Notes under the pieces: model-generated
Seen by the model: only the letters and a program-made list of their open reading frames with translations
Database searches by the model: none
Told to the model about the DNA's origin: nothing
Position numbers and translations under genes: made by a program
NCBI GenBank assembly: GCA_048938855.1
Contig: JBHLLT010000012.1
Location: forward strand, 22,297 to 86,296
Direction of reading: 5' to 3'
DNA: 64,000 nt
Source of the DNA: Promethearchaeota archaeon
Lineage (GTDB): Archaea > Asgardarchaeota > Lokiarchaeia > Sigyniarchaeales > SOKP01
Shown: in pieces, positions 58,051 through 64,000 of the stretch
Position numbering within the stretch: the first letter of the stretch is position 1
How the letters are laid out: every line of letters begins with the position of its first letter

Positions 58051-58977
58051 TTACTTAGGATTATATTCAGAGTAATTAATTGAAAGGTCTTTAAATAAAG
58101 GAACTAAAAATTCATGATAAAAATTGCTAATATGTAATAAATTTCCTAAGTACAAATGAAGAAATCTTAAAATTTCGTAATTAACTTTATTAATATCAAT
58201 AAAACTATACTCTTTTTCAATTTTAATCTTGTTCAGATTCAAAGGTGTCAATTGTTCTAGGATTAAATACTGTATGAATTGAATAAATGCATTCTCAACT
58301 AATTGTTCCTCCTCCTCGCTTAATTCATAAACTTCATGAGAGATTTTATTTCTCAATTCTCTTACTTTGTTTATCAAAACCTCGAGATTCTTCGATAGAT
58401 TCAATTCCTCGATTTTTTGTACCACTGTTTTGTTATCAGAATCGTCGACTTGAGAATCTAAATAACTTATTAGATTAGAAAAGAAATGGATCAAGAATTT
58501 AAATGAATCTATAGATTTGTTTTCTTTCCATTGATTATAGGATGTGCTCCACTGAGCTAGATTAACTTTATCTAAAGATTCTCTGATACTTTTTTTAATA
58601 TCATCTGTTTTTTCCAAAAAATAATCTGAAAAATCCATATAGGGTTTTTCGAGTGGTTCATACTGATATTTATAAATTTCCCCAAATTCCTTAATACTAC
58701 CTAATTTCTTTATGAGAGAAGGATCTTCAACTATTTCTTTCTTTCCAATTTCAGCAGCGAATTTTATAAAATATTTACATTCAGGACAGTAAGTAACGTA
58801 TGCTCCCTTGAATGAGGTGAATGCTTTCAATTCAAGCTGATGTTTACCATTTGGAAACTCTATGAGTTCTCCTTTAGTTTCTATCTGATCGAAGCCTGTT
58901 TTTTCATAATGGAAGGATTCTGGAATGAATTTTAATCCACACACTGGACATTTAACTTTCTCTCTTTTTTGAGTCAT
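58051..58977 (-). CDS. Zn-ribbon plus HEPN-like domain protein
   Basis: CPVCG...CPEC; helical C-terminal half with RNKISH (Rx4H). Confidence 0.6.
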   Translation of the reverse strand: MTQKREKVKCPVCGLKFIPESFHYEKTGFDQIETKGELIEFPNGKHQLELKAFTSFKGAYVTYCPECKYFIKFAAEIGKKEIVEDPSLIKKLGSIKEFGEIYKYQYEPLEKPYMDFSDYFLEKTDDIKKSIRESLDKVNLAQWSTSYNQWKENKSIDSFKFLIHFFSNLISYLDSQVDDSDNKTVVQKIEELNLSKNLEVLINKVRELRNKISHEVYELSEEEEQLVENAFIQFIQYLILEQLTPLNLNKIKIEKEYSFIDINKVNYEILRFLHLYLGNLLHISNFYHEFLVPLFKDLSINYSEYNPK

Positions 58978-59077
58978 CTTAGATCGTTATATATTATTTT
59001 ACTTTTAAAAAACTAAGTTACAAAATAATTACACTTTATATTTTAGGTTTATTAAAAAAAAAGTAACTTGTAAGGAA

Positions 59078-60118
59078 CTAATTGATATTTGCTCCTTCTC
59101 TCCTTAATAGGTCAAAAAGTTCCTCTCTTATGTTCAGAAAAGGTTCATTTTTCCAAGCTACCATTTTTGGATAAATCAAATTCTCGAAAAACTCGGGATC
59201 TAATTTAAAGGTCTCAACAACAATTTTTAAAATCTCTGAATTAGGAACACCCAGATATTCTTCACCCTTCCATATTGATTTCAAAATACCCCAAATCTGT
59301 CTTCTCGCAAATTTTTCTAATTTTTCAAAATCATAAATTTGTTTGATAACATTTATTGCTTCTTCCGGAGTTTTACGTAATAGATTAAAAATGGCAACGA
59401 TATCTGCTTCTCTTTTTGACTGATTAGTGGGTTTTATAGAAATAGTACATTTAAATTGATCCCTTCTTATGAAATATGCAACAAGGTGCAGAAAATTGCT
59501 CTTACCTAATCCCCAATGGTCTTTAATTGGAAATTGATATCCAAATAGCTGGGATGATTTAAACTCCTCTTTTCTCTCAGACCTTCTTGTTCCTCCAGTA
59601 AATACCCATAGGCTCGTAGCATAGAATAAAAAACCACTTCTTTTTTCACCACCTTTTACTTTAAGCAACCCATGCGCTATAATTCTATAATTTGTAAGAA
59701 AAACATGTCCAGAATTTACTGAAACTGAAAGTGGTGCGGTTTTCATTTTGTACGACCCTGATTCGCTCTGCTCTATCAATTCAGTTTGTTTTACATTCCC
59801 ACTACAATCATATAGTATTTCTTCATCCTCATATAAACTATAATTTTCAAGGATATATTTTTCCATTTCTGTCCGTTTTTCAACTCCAATCATTTTACGT
59901 ACATTACTCATAAAAGATTCATAAAGCTCTTTCATAAAATAGTCAGGATTTAATTTAAAAGCTCGTCCAATAAAATCAAAATACTCATGGCTACTAAGGT
60001 AGTCTTTCTCGAAATCAAATAATAGTTTCATAATTTTTTTAGTATTTGGTCTTGGACTATCAAGTTCAGCTTTGATCAGTTCCAATGCTTTATTAGAATC
60101 AACCATTAACTCATTCAT
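59078..60118 (-). CDS. PH/GRAM-like domain protein flanked by a repeated helical unit
   Basis: LYEDEEILY...GHVFLTNYRIIA; FKLNPDYF and FKLDPEFF repeats. Confidence 0.55.
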   Translation of the reverse strand: MNELMVDSNKALELIKAELDSPRPNTKKIMKLLFDFEKDYLSSHEYFDFIGRAFKLNPDYFMKELYESFMSNVRKMIGVEKRTEMEKYILENYSLYEDEEILYDCSGNVKQTELIEQSESGSYKMKTAPLSVSVNSGHVFLTNYRIIAHGLLKVKGGEKRSGFLFYATSLWVFTGGTRRSERKEEFKSSQLFGYQFPIKDHWGLGKSNFLHLVAYFIRRDQFKCTISIKPTNQSKREADIVAIFNLLRKTPEEAINVIKQIYDFEKLEKFARRQIWGILKSIWKGEEYLGVPNSEILKIVVETFKLDPEFFENLIYPKMVAWKNEPFLNIREELFDLLRREGANIN

Positions 60119-60359
60119 TATGTCTATCCTCCTAATTATTACTAATTATTATCTAATTAGATAATTTGGCATATAAAGGTTGTATTAGAAACTGTCTCCA
60201 ATTAATAAAATTTACTGGCAAAATTTGTTAAATTATAGTAAGAAAGCATAATGGGAAATTAAAACAAGAATAATTATTTTAAAAATTCGATGAAAATACG
60301 TCAAAGAATTGGCATTAGAATTAAATTAATGAATAAGTATTAAATAATAAACTCGTCTA

Positions 60360-60995
60360 GTGATACTTATTGTGCAGTCAATTACTAAATATTTAGAAGA
60401 TGGAGAGAAGATATTATTTCAACGCAGTCTAATAAATCCAGTAAATATAAAAAATACTCAAGGTATTATGATTATGGCTTTTATAAGTTTAGTTGTTCTT
60501 AGCTCTTCATTGATATCTCTGGTGATTTTTTGGCAATTTTTTGCAATTTTCATCATTTTAATAGGTCTTTTGTTCCCTATATTTGGGCTTGTTACTTTAG
60601 CTCTCTACTTACCCTACCATAGATATATGAAAATATTGAATTTAAAGTTTAAACAAATCAAACACTACGAAGATCTGCATATTCTTACTAATAAGCGCTG
60701 GATTCAAAAGAGTTTAGATGTTTTAAGTATCAACAAACCTACTTTTTTCTTACCAATTTCATTATATGATGATATAGTTATGATTGATTTTACTCGAATT
60801 CAAACTTTTTTTGCCCAACGAAGAGATTCATATAAAAATTATTACTTTGGTTTTGATTTAAAATTTCCATATGGACAAGGTCTTTTTGTACCTTATGAGA
60901 TATTTCCTGAATTTATTGAGATATTAAAACAGGTTATTCCAATTAAAAGAGAAGTTCATGATAAGCACGGATTGATATATTATTACCGAGAATAA
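60360..60995 (+). CDS. 2-TM protein with a bacterial PH-like domain
   Basis: YLEDGEKILF, two TM helices, HILTNKRWI. Confidence 0.55.
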   Translation: MILIVQSITKYLEDGEKILFQRSLINPVNIKNTQGIMIMAFISLVVLSSSLISLVIFWQFFAIFIILIGLLFPIFGLVTLALYLPYHRYMKILNLKFKQIKHYEDLHILTNKRWIQKSLDVLSINKPTFFLPISLYDDIVMIDFTRIQTFFAQRRDSYKNYYFGFDLKFPYGQGLFVPYEIFPEFIEILKQVIPIKREVHDKHGLIYYYRE

Positions 60996-61040
60996 TATGT
61001 GTGCCATGAATCTCTTTATTAAATCGTTTAGTTTATCGAA

Positions 61041-61709
61041 TTAATCAAGAGTAGGGAATTTAATAGATTTAGAACTGATAATTGTGATCCAACCCATCTC
61101 ATAATTTTCAAATGTTTGGATGTTGGAATATCCCGCTTTTTTCAAGAATTCTTTGTACTCCTCAGGTGTATGAATGGTAAAATGACCTAATTTTGCCCAA
61201 TTTTCGGCTTGTTTCCTTTTTTCTTCATTATCACCAATATATCCTTCATTAACCAATAATAAATATCCACTTGGTTTAAGAACTCTATAAATTTCTTTTA
61301 GATCTGCTATTAAATCTGGTCAGAAATAATATGCTTCAAAACCACTAACTAAGTTAAAAAAATTATCCTCAAAAGGTAAACAAGATACTGAGCCTTGAGA
61401 AATTTCTACAATCCCCTTTCTAATATTTTTCTTATTTTTTTTCCTACTGACATAAACTGATGTTTCTGAATAATCAATTCCAAATATTTTTCCATCTGTT
61501 ATAACCTTAGCGAAATTTTTTATATTAGCTCCACCACCACATCCGATATCAAGAATCTTAAAATCTGATTTTAAAGATAAATGTGATATACCCCATTTTG
61601 CTAATTTAGAATGTCCTCGATTCATTCCTTTCGCAATTATTTTTCCCAATATTCCATTTGGTTTTCTTACTTGATTTACCATGATTTGTTTGATATTCAT
61701 TTTTACCAT
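61041..61709 (-). pseudogene. Class I SAM methyltransferase interrupted by an in-frame TGA
   Basis: ILDIGCGGG...FEAYYF*PDLIADLKEIYRVLKPSG; both track ORFs are in the same frame. Confidence 0.85.
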
Positions 61710-61729
61710 CTAATAGTCAATTTTTTAAA

Positions 61730-62491
61730 TTATTTTATCCCATATAATAACCCCATAGTTTTCAATTCTGATTTCACTAATCTTGGCACGGATATCTCGT
61801 TTATTGTTTCAATAAAATTAACTTGTTGGATACCCCAGTCTTTTATTTGTTTTATTAACTTCTCAGTTATTCCATATCGTCTTTCATTCTTAAATGTATC
61901 TTGTAGTGAGAATGTGCCTCCTTTCTTCAATACTCGTAATGATTCACTTATAAGTTTTTTTTTATCCCTTGTATCTCTAACTTCATGATATACAAAATTA
62001 CTCACTATCGCATCGAATTCACCATTCTTAAAAGGTAAATTTGAAGCGCTCGCTCTCTGAAATATTACGTTTTCAGCCACTCCTTCATATTTGGCATTTT
62101 CTTCACATTGAAGTTTAGAATAATTCCATCCTTTACCCCAATAATCAATTCCGTATATTTCAGATTCTGGAAATTTTTTTGCTAATTTTATCGCTAATGC
62201 TCCGGCTCCAGTACCAACATCAAGTGCTTTTCCCTGTCCATTCCAAGGTAATTTTTGGATCACTAAATCCCAGATCTTATATTGTATTTCCTTATTATTT
62301 GATGAAAAATACCAATAAAGATACATCATATAACTGAACGGTATACACCATATTCCTGCTATTACCCATAAAACTAATTTAATGGTCAAAAATATTGGAA
62401 ATAATGTAGGGATTAATAGAGCTAAAAATACCCCAATAAAGAAGTATATCATATTTCGAGGTACCCAATTTCCATAATCGATCGATTCCAT
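61730..62491 (-). CDS. Membrane-anchored class I SAM methyltransferase
   Basis: 2 TM helices, ALDVGTGAG, FDAIVSNFVYHEV, RVLKKGG. Confidence 0.9.
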   Translation of the reverse strand: MESIDYGNWVPRNMIYFFIGVFLALLIPTLFPIFLTIKLVLWVIAGIWCIPFSYMMYLYWYFSSNNKEIQYKIWDLVIQKLPWNGQGKALDVGTGAGALAIKLAKKFPESEIYGIDYWGKGWNYSKLQCEENAKYEGVAENVIFQRASASNLPFKNGEFDAIVSNFVYHEVRDTRDKKKLISESLRVLKKGGTFSLQDTFKNERRYGITEKLIKQIKDWGIQQVNFIETINEISVPRLVKSELKTMGLLYGIK

Positions 62492-62687
62492 AATTATTAA
62501 TCGCTATCCTATATTGGTTTAATTTTTAATAATTGATTCTAATATTTATATTTAGTTGTACCTAAATTATATTATTAAAAAATTGAAATTTTTGGGAATT
62601 TAGGGAAATAAATAATCATTTAGAGAAATATTATAAATATTCAATCATTAAATTGTTCAGTTATAAAGGAAGTGATTAATAAGCGAC

Positions 62688-63644
62688 TTATTTAATTTTT
62701 CTGTAATTTTTTGCTATATTACTAATATGTCGATGATTAGTACCACAACACCCACCAAGAATCTGCATATCTGAGTCTAAGTATAAATCAAGCATTTTTT
62801 TGCTCCAGATCCTTGGGTTTTCAGAATCTAATTTATCAAGTAATTCTAATTCTTCAGGACTTTTCGAAGAACCATTCGCTTGTATACCTTTAAGTCGTGT
62901 TCTAACCAAATCTGTATTATTTGGATCAGTATGAATTGCTTGGTTACAACTAGTTGGATGAACGCAATTTACCATAAAAAAAGTAGGTTTTGGGGAAATT
63001 AAATTATCAATTGAAAATATCGCTTCATAAAGGGATTTTCCATCTAATAATGTTCCATCAGGGCGTATCACAAAACTTATAATATATTCACAACCTGATT
63101 CTGCCATTGCTTTAGCTATCCCTAATGCTTCTGAAGAAGCGGGCAAAGTGCTAGCCATTAGGAAATCCACACCTGATTTACTTAACTGTTGTACTTGAAC
63201 TTTATGGAATTCATATGCCTTTTCAGTCGATAATGCCATTTCAGGATTATATGCATCTCCTTTACATCCAACTAATCCTCCAATTAAGATTTTTATCACT
63301 TTATCCTTATAACGAGTTCTAATTTGGTTTAAAAATTTTACACAATCAATATTCACATTGCTTTCTTTATATCCTGCCAATTCAATATTTTCTGGATTTG
63401 CACGCCATGTAGGCGCTAAGTTAAGCATTGGGAGCTTATACTTTACCGCTACAAAAATATATTGACTATATATTTTATCAAGAATAATTCTACCATCAGT
63501 ATTATACACCATAGCAGCATTCTGAATGTATGGATTTAATGGATAATTAAATTCACGTTTAACTCTTTCAATAACAGCTCCTTCAGCTAACACTAATGGA
63601 TTTTCCGAAAGAAGCTCTTCTAAGACCATCTTTGATTTCATCAT
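62688..63644 (-). CDS. Homocysteine S-methyltransferase family protein
   Basis: LAEGA, MVNCVHP, ILGGCCGT Zn ligands. Confidence 0.9.
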   Translation of the reverse strand: MMKSKMVLEELLSENPLVLAEGAVIERVKREFNYPLNPYIQNAAMVYNTDGRIILDKIYSQYIFVAVKYKLPMLNLAPTWRANPENIELAGYKESNVNIDCVKFLNQIRTRYKDKVIKILIGGLVGCKGDAYNPEMALSTEKAYEFHKVQVQQLSKSGVDFLMASTLPASSEALGIAKAMAESGCEYIISFVIRPDGTLLDGKSLYEAIFSIDNLISPKPTFFMVNCVHPTSCNQAIHTDPNNTDLVRTRLKGIQANGSSKSPEELELLDKLDSENPRIWSKKMLDLYLDSDMQILGGCCGTNHRHISNIAKNYRKIK

Positions 63645-63902
63645 TCTAAAAATTTATAAATATAAGAATTTTATCGAACATTTGAAGTATGCCATATTTT
63701 TGATTTGTAATAGGATTTATTCGAATTTACTACTTTAGGATCCCAAATCCTAAATTTTAATAGGTTATAATTTTGATAAAAAAATTCCTTATTAAAAATT
63801 TGAAATTTGAATCTTATTGGTTTTTATAGATTTTTTATAAACAAAAATGTTATAAACTTTTATTTCATTTTAATTCTCGAAACATACAGAAGGTAGAAAA
63901 TT

Positions 63903-64000
63903 ATGTTTAAGAAATTAACAGACGCTTTAGGAATTACAAGTAATAAAATTAGTGAGTTAATTAAAGAAAGTAAACAGTACATTGATGCAATAGAAAATGT
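63903..64000 (+). CDS. Partial CDS (5' end), MFKKLTDALGITSNKISELIKESKQYIDAIEN...
   Basis: ATG preceded by GAAGGT; frame is open to the window end. Confidence 0.55.
   Translation, partial: MFKKLTDALGITSNKISELIKESKQYIDAIEN

Noticed and set aside
61320-61322. TGA as selenocysteine or as Trp under genetic code 4
   Set aside because: The position corresponds to Trp rather than Cys, I saw no SECIS-like hairpin downstream, and TGA ends other genes normally (e.g. 21184, 30663)
3015-61988. Many short track ORFs overlapping long genes (e.g. 3015, 3505, 11222, 14357, 36558, 43656, 54070, 61611)
   Set aside because: They are antisense or alternative-frame shadows of well-supported CDS, with no motifs or SD
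1-64000. CRISPR arrays, tRNA/rRNA genes, IS elements, provirus
   Set aside because: No regularly spaced repeats, GC-rich structured RNA segments, transposase, integrase or capsid motifs were seen by eye; a covariance-model scan was not run

Overview
This is a strongly AT-rich archaeal chromosomal window, most likely from Lokiarchaeia (Asgard archaea). The evidence is a TFB, an Arf-like small GTPase fused to longin/uDENN-like domains, an IPGY-TM-KKK Loki-CTERM-type tail, a geranylgeranyl reductase, GGTGA/GAGG Shine-Dalgarno motifs and oligo-T terminators. It holds about 60 CDS. I saw no rRNA, tRNA, CRISPR array or transposase. The main highlights follow. (1) A co-oriented minus-strand cluster (9.0-15.2 kb) encodes a 7TM protein, a 2TM-HAMP-TPR-vWA receptor-like protein, a stand-alone 2TM-HAMP protein, a beta-propeller/adaptin-ear/platform protein (BBS- or coat-like architecture) and an RCK membrane protein lacking the GYG filter. 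This is a candidate kinase-free membrane signalling system. (2) A 1127-aa longin-ArfGTPase-longin-PAS-PAS-GAF-pseudo-histidine-kinase fusion lies at 34.3-37.7 kb, and a related sensor-less intact kinase plus an RHH-receiver protein lie about 19 kb away. (3) Four genes (FprA, pterin dehydratase, TFB, RHH-REC) have conserved N-termini that can only be translated from ATT/ATC codons. (4) A heliorhodopsin sits next to a staygreen homolog and MutM. (5) An oxidative/heat-stress neighbourhood is present. (6) There are several microproteins, frameshifted or nonsense genes and a decayed luxE-like duplicate that the ORF track misses. All domain calls come from reading motifs by eye; no database search was run.
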